Shown: piece by piece, positions 15,001 to 30,000 of the stretch
How the letters are laid out: the number at the start of each line of letters is the position of its first letter
Position numbering within the stretch: position 1 is the first letter of the stretch
Assembly (NCBI GenBank): GCA_053919585.1
Contig: CM132827.1
Strand: one strand, 5' to 3'
DNA: 64,000 nt
Source: Euprymna scolopes
Lineage: Eukaryota
Made by a program: the position numbers and the translations under genes
The notes under the pieces: model-generated
The model's input: only the letters and a program-made list of their open reading frames with translations
Databases searched by the model: none
Told to the model about the DNA's origin: nothing

Positions 15001-18000
15001 GACTTTACCCTGGTCTTTCTAACATCTGTTCTAGCATTAAATACATTTCCATGATTTTACTGGGGAAAGGACACTGTAAACATGACCTTCACACCGACTT
15101 TACCCTGGTCTTTCTAACATCTGTTCTAGCTTTAAATACATTTCCATGATTTTACTGGGGAAAGGACACTGTAAACATGACCTTCACACCGATTTACCCT
15201 GGTCTTTCTAACATCTGTTCTAGCATTCAATACATTTCCATGATTTTACTGGGGAAAGGACACTGTAAACATGACCTTCACACCGACTTTACCCTGGTCT
15301 TTCTAATATCTGTTCTAGCATTAAATACATTTCTATGATTTTACTGGGGAAAGGACACTGTAAACATGCCCTTCACACCGACTTTACCCTGGTCTTTCTA
15401 ACATCTGTTCTAGCATTAAATACATTTCCATGATTTTACTGGGGAAAGGACACTGTAAACATGACCTTCACACCGACTTTACCCTGGTCTTTCTAACATC
15501 TGTTCTAGCATTAAATACATTTCCATGATTTTACTGGGGAAAGGACGCTGTAAACATGACCTTCACACCGACTTTACCCTGGTCTTTCTAACATCTGTTC
15601 TAGCATTAAATACATTTCCATGATTTTACTGGGGAAAGGACACTGTAAACATGACCTTAACACCGACTTTACCCTGGTCTTTCTAACATCTGTTCTAGCA
15701 TTAAATACATTTCCATGATTTTACTTGGGAAAGAACACTGTAAACGTGACCTTCACACCGACTTAACCCTGGTCTTTCTAACATCTGTTCTAGCATTAAA
15801 TACATTTCCATGATTTTACTGGGGAAAGGACACTGTAAACATGACCTTCACACCGACTTTACCCTGGTCTTTCTAACATCTGTTCTAGCATTAAATACAT
15901 TTCCATGATTTTACTGGGGAAAGAACACTGTAAACATGACCTTCACACCGACTTTACCCTGGTCTTTCTAACATCTGTTCTAGCATTAAATACATTTCCA
16001 TGATTTTACTGGGGAAAGGACACTGTAAACATGACCTTCACACCGACTTTACCCTGGTCTTTCTAACATCTGTTCTAGCATTAAATACATTTCCATGATT
16101 TTACTGGGGAAAGGACGCTGTAAACATGACCTTCACACCGACTTTACCCTGGTCTTTCTAACATCTGTTCTAGCATTAAATACATTTCCATGATTTTACT
16201 GGGGAAAGGACACTGTAAACATGACCTTCACACCGATTTACCCTGGTCTTTCTAACATCTGTTCTAGCATTAAATACATTTCCATGATTTTACTGGGGAA
16301 AGGACACTGTAAACATGACCTTCACACCGACTTTACCCTGGTTTTCTAACATCTGTTCTAGCATTAAATACATTTCCATGATTTTACTGGAGAAAGGACA
16401 CTGTAAACATGACCTTCACACCGACTTTACCCTGGTCTTTCTAACATCTGTTCTAGCATTAAATACATTTCCATGATTTTACTGGGGAAAGGACACTGTA
16501 AACATGACCTTCACACCGACTTTACCCTGGTCTTTCTAACATCTGTTCTAGCATTAAATACATTTCCATGATTTTACTGGGGAAAGGACACTGTAAACAT
16601 GACCTTCACACCGACTTTACCCTGGTCTTTCTCACATCTGTTCTAACATTAAATACATTTCCATGATTTTACTGGGGAAAGGACACTGTAAACATGACCT
16701 TCACACCGACTTTACCCTGGTCTTTCTAACATCTGTTCTAGCATTAAATACATTTCCATGATTTTACTGGGGAAAGTACACTGTAAACATGACCTTCACA
16801 CCGACTTTACCCTGGTCTTTCTAACATCTGTTCTAGCATTAAATACATTTCCATGATTTTACTGGGGAAAGGACACTGTAAACATGACCTTCACACCGAC
16901 TTTACCCTGGTCTTTCTTACATCTGTTCTAGCATTAAATACATTTCCATGATTTTACTGGGGAAAGGACGCTGTAAACATGACCTTCACACCGACTTTAC
17001 CCTGGTCTTTCTAACATCTGTTCTAGCATTAAATACATTTCCATGATTTTACTGGGGAAAGGACACTGTAAACATGACCTTCACACCGACTTTACCCTGG
17101 TCTTTCTAACATCTGTTCTAGCATTAAATACATTTCCATGATTTTACTGGGGAAAGTACACTGTAAACATGACCTTCACACCGACTTTACCCTGGTCTTT
17201 CTAACATCTGTTTTAGCATTAAATACATTTCCATGATTTTACTGGGGAAAGGACGCTGTAAACATGACCTTCACACCGACTTTACCCTGGTCTTTCTAAC
17301 ATCTGTTCTAGCATTAAATACATTTCCATGATTTTACTGGGGAAAGGACACTGTAAACATGACCTTCACACCGATTTACCCTGGTCTTTCTAACATCTGT
17401 TCTAGCATTAAATACATTTCCATGATTTTACTGGGGAAAGGACACTGTAAACATGACCTTCGCACCGACTTTACCCTGGTTTTCTAACATCTGTTCTAGC
17501 ATTAAATACATTTCCATGATTTTACTGGAGAAAGGACACTGTAAACATGACCTTCACACCGACTTTACCCTGGTCTTTCTAACATCTGTTCTAGCATTAA
17601 ATACATTTCCATGATTTTACTGGGGAAAGGAAACTGTAAACATGATTTTCACACCGACTTTACCCTGGTCTTTCTAACATCTGTTCTAGCATTAAATACA
17701 TTTCCATGATTTTACTGGGGAAAGGACACTGTAAACATGACCTTCACACCGACTTTACCCTGGTCTTTCTAACATCTGTTCTAGCATTAAATACATTTCC
17801 ATGATTTTACTGGGGAAAGGACACTGTAAACATGACCTTCACACCGACTTTACCCTGGTCTTTCTAACATCTGTTCTAGCATTAAATACATTTCCATGAT
17901 TTTACTGGGGAAAGGACGCTGTAAACATGACCTTCACACTTACTTTACCCTGGTCTTTCTAACATCTGTTCTAGCATTAAATACATTTCCATGATTTTAC

Positions 18001-21000
18001 TGGGGAAAGGACACTGTAAACATGCCCTTCACACCGACTTTACCCGGGTCTTTCTCACATCTGTTCTAGCATTAAATACATTTCCATGATTTTACTGGGG
18101 AAAGGACACTGTAAACATGACCTTCACACCGACTTTACCCTGGTCTTTCTAACATCTGTTCTAGCATTAAATACATTTCCATGATTTTACTGGGGAAAGG
18201 ACACTGTAAACATGACCTTCACACCGACTTTACCCTGGTCTTTCTAACATCTGTTCTAGCATTAAATACATTTCCATGATTTTACTGGGGAAAGGACACT
18301 GTAAACATGACCTTCACACCGACTTTACCCTGGTCTTTCTAACATCTGTTCTAGCATTAAATACATTTCCATGATTTTACTGGGGAAAGGACACTGTAAA
18401 CATGACCTTCACACCGACTTTACCCTGGTCTTTCTAACATCTGTTCTAGCATTAAATACATTTCCATGATTTTACTGGGGAAAGGACGCTGTAAACATGA
18501 CCTTCACACCGACTTTACCCTGGTCTTTCTAACATCTGTTCTAGCATTAAATACATTTCCATGATTTTACTGGGGAAAGGACGCTGTAAACATGACCTTC
18601 ACACCGACTTTACCCTGGTCTTTCTAACATCTGTTCTAGCATTAAATACATTTCCATGATTTTACTGGGGAAAGGACACTGTAAACATGACCTTCACACC
18701 GACTTTACCCTGGTCTTTCTAACATCTGTTCTAGCATTAAATACATTTCCATGATTTTACTGGGGAAAGGACACTGTAAACATGACCTTCACACCGACTT
18801 TACCCTGGTCTTTCTAACATCTGTTCTAGCATTAAATACATTTCCATGATTTTACTGGGGAAAGGACGCTGTAAACATGACCTTCACACCGACTTTACCC
18901 TGGTCTTTCTAACATCTGTTCTAGCATTAAATACATTTCCATGATTTTACTGGGGAAAGGACGCTGTAAACATGACCTTCACACCGACTTTACCCTGGTC
19001 TTTCTAACATCTGTTCTAGCATTAAATACATTTCCATGATTTTACTGGGGAAAGGACACTGTAAACATGACCTTCACACCGACTTTACCCTGGTCTTTCT
19101 AACATCTGTTCTAGCATTAAATACATTTCCATGATTTTACTGGGGAAAGGACACTGTAAACATGACCTTCACACCGACTTTACCCTGGTCTTTCTAACAT
19201 CTGTTCTAGCATTAAATACATTTCCATGATTTTACTGGGGAAAGGACACTGTAAACATGACCTTCACACCGACTTTACCCTGGTCTTTCTAACATCTGTT
19301 CTAGCATTAAATACATTTCCATGATTTTACTGGGGAAAGGACACTGTAAACATGACCTTCACACCGACTTTACCCTGGTCTTTCTAACATCTGTTCTAGC
19401 ATTAAATACATTTCCATGATTTTACTGGGGAAAGGACGCTGTAAACATGACTTTCACACTTACTTTACCCTGGTCTTTCTAACATCTGTTCTAGCATTAA
19501 ATACATTTCCATGATTTTACTGGGGAAAGGACACTGTAAACATGCCCTTCACACCGACTTTACCCGGGTCTTTCTCACATCTGTTCTAGCATTAAATACA
19601 TTTCCATGATTTTACTGGGGAAAGGACACTGTAAACATGACCTTCACACCGACTTTACCCTGGTCTTTCTAACATCTGTTCTAGCATTAAATACATTTCC
19701 ATGATTTTACTGGGGAAAGGACACTGTAAACATGACCTTCACACCGACTTTACCCTGGTCTTTCTAACATCTGTTCTAGCATTAAATACATTTCCATGAT
19801 TTTACTGGGGAAAGGACACTGTAAACATGACCTTCACACCGACTTTACCCTGGTCTTTCTAACATCTGTTCTAGCATTAAATACATTTCCATGATTTTAC
19901 TGGGGAAAGGACACTGTAAACATGACCTTCACACCGACTTTACCCTGGTCTTTCTAACATCTGTTCTAGCATTAAATACATTTCCATGATTTTACTGGGG
20001 AAAGGACGCTGTAAACATGACCTTCACACCGACTTTACCCTGGTCTTCCTAACATCTGTTCTAGCATTAAATACATTTCCATGATTTTACTGGGGAAAGG
20101 ACGCTGTAAACATGACCTTCACACCGACTTTACCCTGGTCTTTCTAACATCTGTTCTAGCATTAAATACATTTCCATGATTTTACTGGGGAAAGGACACT
20201 GTAAACATGACCTTCACACCGACTTTACCCTGGTCTTTCTAACATCTGTTCTAGCATTAAATACATTTCCATGATTTTACTGGGGAAAGGACACTGTAAA
20301 CATGACCTTCACACCGACTTTACCCTGGTCTTTCTAACATCTGTTCTAGCATTAAATACATTTCCATGATTTTACTGGGGAAAGGACACTGTAAACATGA
20401 CCTTCACACCGACTTTACCCTGGTCTTTCTAACATCTGTTCTAGCATTAAATACATTTCCATGATTTTACTGGGGAAAGGACACTGTAAACATGACCTTC
20501 ACACCGACTTTACCCTGGTCTTTCTAACATCTGTTCTAGCATTAAATACATTTCCATGATTTTACTGGGGAAAGGACACTGTAAACATGACCTTCACACC
20601 GACTTTACCCTTGTCTTTCTAACATCTGTTCTAGCATTAAATACATTTCCATGATTTTACTGGGGAAAGGACACTGTAAACATGACCTTCACACCGACTT
20701 TACCCTGGTCTTTCTAACATCTGTTCTAGCATTAAATACATTTCCATGATTTTACTGGGGAAAGGACACTGTAAACATGACCTTCACACCGACTTTACCC
20801 TGGTCTTTCTAACATCTGTTTTAGCATTAAATACATTTCCATGTTTTTACTGGGGAAAGGACACTGTAAACATGACCTTCACACCGACTTTACCCTGGTC
20901 TTTCTAACATCTGTTCTAGCATTAAATACATTTCCATGATTTTACTGGGGAAAGGACACTGTAAACATGACCTTCACACCGACTTTACCCTGATCTTTCT

Positions 21001-24000
21001 AACATCTGTTCTAGCATTAAATACATTTTCATGATTTTACTGGGGAAAGGGCACTGTAAACATGACCTTCACACCGACTTTACCCTGGTCTTTCTAACAT
21101 CTGTTCTAGCATTAAATACATTTCCATGATTTTACTGGGGAAAGGACGCTGTAAACATGACCTTCACACCGACTTTACCCTGGTCTTTCTAACATCTGTT
21201 CTAGCATTAAATACATTTCCATGATTTTACTGGGGAAAGGACACTGTAAACATGACCTTCACACCGACTTTACCCTGGTCTTTCTAACATCTGTTCTAGC
21301 ATTAAATACATTTCCATGATTTTACTGGGGAAAGGACACTGTAAACATGACCTTCACACCGACTTTACCCTGGTCTTCCTAACATCTGTTCTAGCATTAA
21401 ATACATTTCCATGATTTTACTGGGGAAATGACACTGTAAACATGACCTTCACACCGACTTTACCCTGGTCTTTCTAACATCTGTTCTAGCATTAAATACA
21501 TTTCCATGATTTTACTGGGGAAAGGACACTGTAAACATGACCTTCACACCGACTTTACCCTGGTCTTTCTAACATCTGTTCTAGCATTAAATACATTTCC
21601 ATGATTTTACTGGGGAAAGGACACTGTAAACATGACCTTCACACCGACTTTACCCTGGTCTTTCTAACATCTGTTCTAGCATTAAATACATTTCCATGAT
21701 TTTACTGGGGAAAGGACACTGTAAACATGACCTTCACACCGACTTTACCCTGATCTTTCTAACATCTGTTCTAGCATTAAATACATTTTCATGATTTTAC
21801 TGGGGAAAGGACACTGTAAACATGACCTTCACACCGACTTTACCCTGGTCTTTCTAACATCTGTTCTAGCATTAAATACATTTCCATGATTTTACTGGGG
21901 AAAGGACACTGTAAACATGACCTTCACACCGACTTTACCCTGGTCTTTCTAACATCTGTTCTAGCATTAAATACATTTCCATGATTTTACTGGGGAAAGG
22001 ACACTGTAAACATGACCTTCACACCGACTTTACCCTGGTCTTTCTAACATCTGTTCTAGCATTAAATACATTTCCATGATTTTACTGGGGAAAGGACACT
22101 GTAAACATGACCTTCACACCGACTTTACCCTTGTCTTTCTAACATCTGTTCTAGCATTAAATACATTTCCATGATTTTACTGGGGAAAGGACACTGTAAA
22201 CATGACCTTCACACCGACTTTACCCTGGTCTTTCTAACATCTGTTCTAGCATTAAATACATTTCCATGATTTTACTGGGGAAAGGACACTGTAAACATGA
22301 CCTTCACACCGACTTTACCCTGGTCTTTCTAACATCTGTTTTAGCATTAAATACATTTCCATGTTTTTACTGGGGAAAGGACACTGTAAACATGACCTTC
22401 ACACCGACTTTACCCTGGTCTTTCTAACATCTGTTCTAGCATTAAATACATTTCCATGATTTTACTGGGGAAAGGACACTGTAAACATGACCTTCACACC
22501 GACTTTACCCTGATCTTTCTAACATCTGTTCTAGCATTAAATACATTTTCATGATTTTACTGGGGAAAGGACACTGTAAACATGACCTTCACGCCGACTT
22601 TACCCTGGTCTTTCTAACATCTGTTCTAGCATTAAATACATTTCCATGATTTTACTGGGGAAAGGACGCTGTAAACATGACCTTAACACCGACTTTACCC
22701 TGGTCTTTCTAACATCTGTTCTAGCATTAAATACATTTCCATGATTTTACTGGGGAAAGGACACTGTAAACATGACCTTCACACCGACTTTACCCTGGTC
22801 TTTCTAACATCTGTTCTAGCATTAAATACATTTCCATGATTTTACTGGGGAAAGGACACTGTAAACATGACCTTCACACCGACTTTACCCTGGTCTTCCT
22901 AACATCTGTTCTAGCATTAAATACATTTCCATGATTTTACTGGGGAAATGACACTGTAAACATGACCTTCACACCGACTTTACCCTGGTCTTTCTAACAT
23001 CTGTTCTAGCATTAAATACATTTCCATGATTTTACTGGGGAAAGGACACTGTAAACATGACCTTCACACCGACTTTACCCTGGTCTTTCTAACATCTGTT
23101 CTAGCATTAAATACATTTCCATGATTTTACTGGGGAAAAGACACTGTAAACATGACCTTCACACCGACTTTACCCTGGTCTTTCTAACATCTGTTCTAGC
23201 ATTAAATACATTTCCATGATTTTATTGGGGAAAGGACGCTGTAAACATGACCTTCACACCGACTTTACCCTGGTCTTTCTAACATCTGTTCTAGCATTAA
23301 ATACATTTCCATGATTTTACTGGGGAAAGGACACTGTAAACATGACCTTCACACCGACTGTACCCTGGTCTTTCTAACATCTGTGCTAGCATTAAATACA
23401 TTTCCATGATTTTACTGGGGAAAGGACACTGTAAACATGACCTTCACACCGACTTTAACCTGGTCTTTCTAACATCTGTTCTAGCATTAAATACATTTCC
23501 ATGATTTTACTGGGGAAAGGACACTGTAAACATGACCTTCACACCGACTTTACCCTGGTCTTTCTAACATCTGTTCTAGCATTAAATACATTTCCATGAT
23601 TTTACTGGGGAAAGGACACTGTAAACATGACCTTCACACCGACTTTACCCTGGTCTTTCTAACATCTGTTCTAGCATTACATACATTTTCATGATTTTAC
23701 TGGGGAAAGGACACTGTAAACATGACCTTCACACCGACTTTACCCTGGTCTTTCTAACATCTGTTCTAGCATTAAATACATTTCCATGATTTTACTGGGG
23801 AAAGGACACTGTAAACATGACCTTCACACCGACTTTACCCTGGTCTTTCTAACATCTGTTCTAGCATTAAATACATTTCCATGATTTTACTGGGGAAAGG
23901 ACGCTGTAAACATGACCTTCATACCGACTTTACCCTGGTCTTTCTAACATCTGTTCTAGGATTAAATACATTTCCATGATTTTACTGGGGAAAGGACACT

Positions 24001-27000
24001 GTAAACATGACCTTCACACCGACTTTACCCTGGTCTTTCTAACATCTGTTCTAGCATTAAATACATTTCCATGATTTTACTGGGGAAAGGACACTGTAAA
24101 CATGACCTTCACACCGACTTTACCCTGGTCCTTCTAACATCTGTTCTAGCATTAAATACATTTCCATGATTTTACTGGGGAAAGGACACTGTAAACATGA
24201 CCTTCACACCGACTTTACCCTGGTCTTTCTAACATCTGTTCTAGCATTAAATACATTTCCATGATTTTACTGGGGAAAGGACACTGTAAACATGACCTTC
24301 ACACCGACTTTACCCTGGTCTTTCTAACATCTGTTCTAGCATTAAATACATTTCCATGATTTTACTGGGGAAAGGACACTGTAAACATGACCTTCACACC
24401 GACTTTACCCTGGTCTTTCTAACATCTGTTCTAACATTAAATACATTTCCATGATTTTACTGGGGAAAGGACACTGTAAACATGACCTTCACACCGACTT
24501 TACCCTGGTCTTTCTAACATCTGTTCTAGCATTAAATACATTTCCATGATTTTACTGGGGAAAGGACACTGTAAACATGACCTTCACACCGACTTTACCC
24601 TGGTCTTTCTAACATCTGTTCTAGCATTAAATACATTTCCATGATTTTACTGGGGAAAGGACACTGTAAACATGACCTTCACACCGACTTTACCCTGATC
24701 TTTCTAACATCTGTTCTAGCATTAAATACATTTTCATGATTTTACTGGGGAAAGGACACTGTAAACATGACCTTCACACCGACTTTACCCTGGTCTTTCT
24801 AACATCTGTTCTAGCATTAAATACATTTCCATGATTTTACTGGGGAAAGGACACTGTAAACATGACCTTCACACCGACTTTACCCTGGTCTTTCTAACAT
24901 CTGTTCTAGCATTAAATACATTTCCATGATTTTACTGGGGAAAGGACACTGTAAACATGACCTTCACACCGACTTTACCCTGGTCTTTCTAACATCTGTT
25001 CTAGCATTAAATACATTTCCATGATTTTACTGGGGAAAGGACACTGTAAACATGACCTTCACACCGACTTTACCCTTGTCTTTCTAACATCTGTTCTAGC
25101 ATTAAATACATTTCCATGATTTTACTGGGGAAAGGACACTGTAAACATGACCTTCACACCGACTTTACCCTGGTCTTTCTAACATCTGTTCTAGCATTAA
25201 ATACATTTCCATGATTTTACTGGGGAAAGGACACTGTAAACATGACCTTCACACCGACTTTACCCTGGTCTTCCTAACATCTGTTCTAGCATTAAATACA
25301 TTTCCATGATTTTACTGGGGAAATGACACTGTAAACATGACCTTCACACCGACTTTACCCTGGTCTTTCTAACATCTGTTCTAGCATTAAATACATTTCC
25401 ATGATTTTACTGGGGAAAGGACACTGTAAACATGACCTTCACACCGACTTTACCCTGGTCTTTCTAACATCTGTTCTAGCATTAAATACATTTCCATGAT
25501 TTTACTGGGGAAAAGACACTGTAAACATGACCTTCACACCGACTTTACCCTGGTCTTTCTAACATCTGTTCTAGCATTAAATACATTTCCATGATTTTAT
25601 TGGGGAAAGGACGCTGTAAACATGACCTTCACACCGACTTTACCCTGGTCTTTCTAACATCTGTTCTAGCATTAAATACATTTCCATGATTTTACTGGGG
25701 AAAGGACACTGTAAACATGACCTTCACACCGACTGTACCCTGGTCTTTCTAACATCTGTGCTAGCATTAAATACATTTCCATGATTTTACTGGGGAAAGG
25801 ACACTGTAAACATGACCTTCACACCGACTTTAACCTGGTCTTTCTAACATCTGTTCTAGCATTAAATACATTTCCATGATTTTACTGGGGAAAGGACACT
25901 GTAAACATGACCTTCACACCGACTTTACCCTGGTCTTTCTAACATCTGTTCTAGCATTAAATACATTTCCATGATTTTACTGGGGAAAGGACACTGTAAA
26001 CATGACCTTCACACCGACTTTACCCTGGTCTTTCTAACATCTGTTCTAGCATTACATACATTTTCATGATTTTACTGGGGAAAGGACACTGTAAACATGA
26101 CCTTCACACCGACTTTACCCTGGTCTTTCTAACATCTGTTCTAGCATTAAATACATTTCCATGATTTTACTGGGGAAAGGACACTGTAAACATGACCTTC
26201 ACACCGACTTTACCCTGGTCTTTCTAACATCTGTTCTAGCATTAAATACATTTCCATGATTTTACTGGGGAAAGGACGCTGTAAACATGACCTTCATACC
26301 GACTTTACCCTGGTCTTTCTAACATCTGTTCTAGGATTAAATACATTTCCATGATTTTACTGGGGAAAGGACACTGTAAACATGACCTTCACACCGACTT
26401 TACCCTGGTCTTTCTAACATCTGTTCTAGCATTAAATACATTTCCATGATTTTACTGGGGAAAGGACACTGTAAACATGACCTTCACACCGACTTTACCC
26501 TGGTCCTTCTAACATCTGTTCTAGCATTAAATACATTTCCATGATTTTACTGGGGAAAGGACACTGTAAACATGACCTTCACACCGACTTTACCCTGGTC
26601 TTTCTAACATCTGTTCTAGCATTAAATACATTTCCATGATTTTACTGGGGAAAGGACACTGTAAACATGACCTTCACACCGACTTTACCCTGGTCTTTCT
26701 AACATCTGTTCTAGCATTAAATACATTTCCATGATTTTACTGGGGAAAGGACACTGTAAACATGACCTTCACACCGACTTTACCCTGGTCTTTCTAACAT
26801 CTGTTCTAACATTAAATACATTTCCATGATTTTACTGGGGAAAGGACACTGTAAACATGACCTTCACACCGACTTTACCCTGGTCTTTCTAACATCTGTT
26901 CTAGCATTAAATACATTTCCATGATTTTACTGGGGAAAGGACACTGTAAACATGACCTTCACACCGACTTTACCCTGGTCTTTCTAACATCTGTTCTAGG

Positions 27001-30000
27001 ATTAAATACATTTCCATGATTTTACTGGGGAAAGGACACTGTAAACATGACCTTCACACCGACTTTACCCTGGTCTTTCTAACATCTGTTCTAGCATTAA
27101 ATACATTTCCATGATTTTACTGGGGAAAGGACACTGTAAACATGACCTTCACACCGACTTTACCCTGGTCTTTCTAACATCTGTTCTAGCATTAAATACA
27201 TTTCCATGATTTTACTGGGGAAAGGACACTGTAAACATGACCTTCACACCGACTTTACCCTGGTCTTTCTAACATCTGTTCTAGCATTAAATACATTTCC
27301 ATGATTTTACTGGGGAAAGGACACTGTAAACATGACCTTCACACCGACTTTACCCTGGTCTTTCTAACATCTGTTCTAGCATTAAATACATTTCCATGAT
27401 TTTACTGGGGAAAGGACACTGTAAACATGACCTTCACACCGACTTTACCCTGGTCTTTCTAACATCTGTTCTAGCATTAAATACATTTCCATGATTTTAC
27501 TGGGGAAAGGACACTGTAAACATGACCTTCACACCGACTTTACCCTGGTCTTTCTAACATCTGTTCTAGCATTAAATACATTTCCATGATTTTACTGGGG
27601 AAAGGACACTGTAAACATGACCTTCACACCGACTTTACCCTGGTCTTTCTAACATCTGTTCTAGCATTAAATACATTTCCATGATTTTACTGGGGAAAGG
27701 ACGCTGTAAACATGACCTTCACACCGACTTTACCCTGGTCTTTCTAACATCTGTTCTAGCATTAAATACATTTCCATGATTTTACTGGGGAAAGGACGCT
27801 GTAAACATGACCTTCACACCGACTTTACCCTGGTCTTTCTAACATCTGTTCTAGCATTAAATACATTTCCATGATTTTACTGGGGAAAGGACACTGTAAA
27901 CATGACCTTCACACCGACTTTACCCTGGTCTTTCTAACATCTGTTCTAGCATTAAATACATTTCCATGATTTTACTGGGGAAAGGACACTGTAAACATGA
28001 CCTTCACACCGACTTTACCCTGGTCTTTCTAACATCTGTTCTAGCATTAAATACATGTCCATGATTTTACTGGGGAAAGGACACTGTAAACATGACCTTC
28101 ACACCGACTTTACCCTGGTCTTTCTAACATCTGTTCTAGGATTAAATACATTTCCATGATTTTACTGGGGAAAGGACACTGTAAACATGACCTTCACACC
28201 GACTTTACCCTGGTCTTTCTAACATCTGTTCTAGCATTAAATACATTTCCATTATTTTACTGGGGAAAGGACACTGTAAACATGACCTTCACACCGACTT
28301 TCCCCTTGTCTTTCTAACATCTGTTCTAGCATTAAATACATTTCCATGATTTTACTGGGGAAAGGACACTGTAAACATGACCTTCACACCGACTTTACCC
28401 TGGTCTTTCTAACATCTGTTCTAGCATTAAATACATTTCCATGATTTTACTGGGGAAAGGACACTGTAAACATGACCTTCACACCGACTTTACCCTGGTC
28501 TTTCTAACATCTGTTTTAGCATTAAATACATTTCCATGTTTTTACTGGGGAAAGGACACTGTAAACATGACCTTCACACCGACTTTACCCTGGTCTTTCT
28601 AACATCTGTTCTAGCATTAAATACATTTCCATGATTTTACTGGGGAAAGGACACTGTACACATGACCTTCACACCGACTTTACCCTGGTCTTTCTAACAT
28701 CTGTTCTAGCATTAAATACATTTCCATGATTTTACTGGGGAAAGGACACTGTAAACATGACCTTCACACCGACTTTACCCTGGTCTGTCTAACATCTGTT
28801 CTAGCATTAAATACATTTCCATGATTTTACTGGGGAAAGGACGCTGTAAACATGACCTTCACACCGACTTTACCCTGGTCTTTCTAACATCTGTTCTAGC
28901 ATTAAATACATTTCCATGATTGTACTGGGGAAAGGACACTGTAAACATGACCTTCACACCGACTTTACCCTGGTCTTTCTAACATCTGTTCTAGCATTAA
29001 ATACATTTCCATGATTTTACTGGGGAAAGGACACTGTAAACATGACCTTCACACCGACTTTACCCTGGTCTTCCTAACATCTGTTCTAGCATTAAATACA
29101 TTTCCATGATGTTACTGGGGAAAGGACACTGTAAACATGACCTTCACACCGACTTTACCCTGGTCTTTCTAACATCTGTTCTAGCATTAAATACATTTCC
29201 ATGATTTAACTGGGGAAAGGACACTGTAAACATGACCTTCACACCGACTTTACCCTGGTCTTTCTAACATCTGTTCTAGCATTAAATACATTTCCATGAT
29301 TTTACTGGGGAAAGGACACTGTAAACATGACCTTCACACCGACTTTACCCTGGTCTTTCTAACATCTGTTCTAGCATTAAATACATTTCCATGATTTTAC
29401 TGGGGAAAGGACACTGTAAACATGACCTTCACACCGACTTTACCCTGGTCTTTCTAACATCTGTTCTAGCATTAAATACATTTCCATGATTTTACTGGGG
29501 AAAGGACACTGTAAACATGACCTTCACACCGACTTTACCCTGGTCTTTCTAACATCTGTTCTAGCATTAAATACATTTCCATGATTTTACTGGGGAAAGG
29601 ACGCTGTAAACATGACCTTCACACCGACTTTACCCTGGTCTTTCTAACATCTGTTCTAGCATTAAATACATTTCCATGATTTTACTGGGGAAAGGACGCT
29701 GTAAACATGACCTTCACACCGACTTTACCCTGGTCTTTCTAACATCTGTTCTAGCATTAAATACATTTCCATGATTTTACTGGGGAAAGGACACTGTAAA
29801 CATGACCTTCACACCGACTTTACCCTGGTCTTTCTAACATCTGTTCTAGCATTAAATACATTTCCATGATTTTACTGGGGAAAGGACACTGTAAACATGA
29901 CCTTCACACCGACGTTACCCTGGTCTTTCTAACATCTGTTCTAGCATTAAATACATTTCCATGATTTTACTGGGGAAAGGACACTGTAAACATGACCTTC

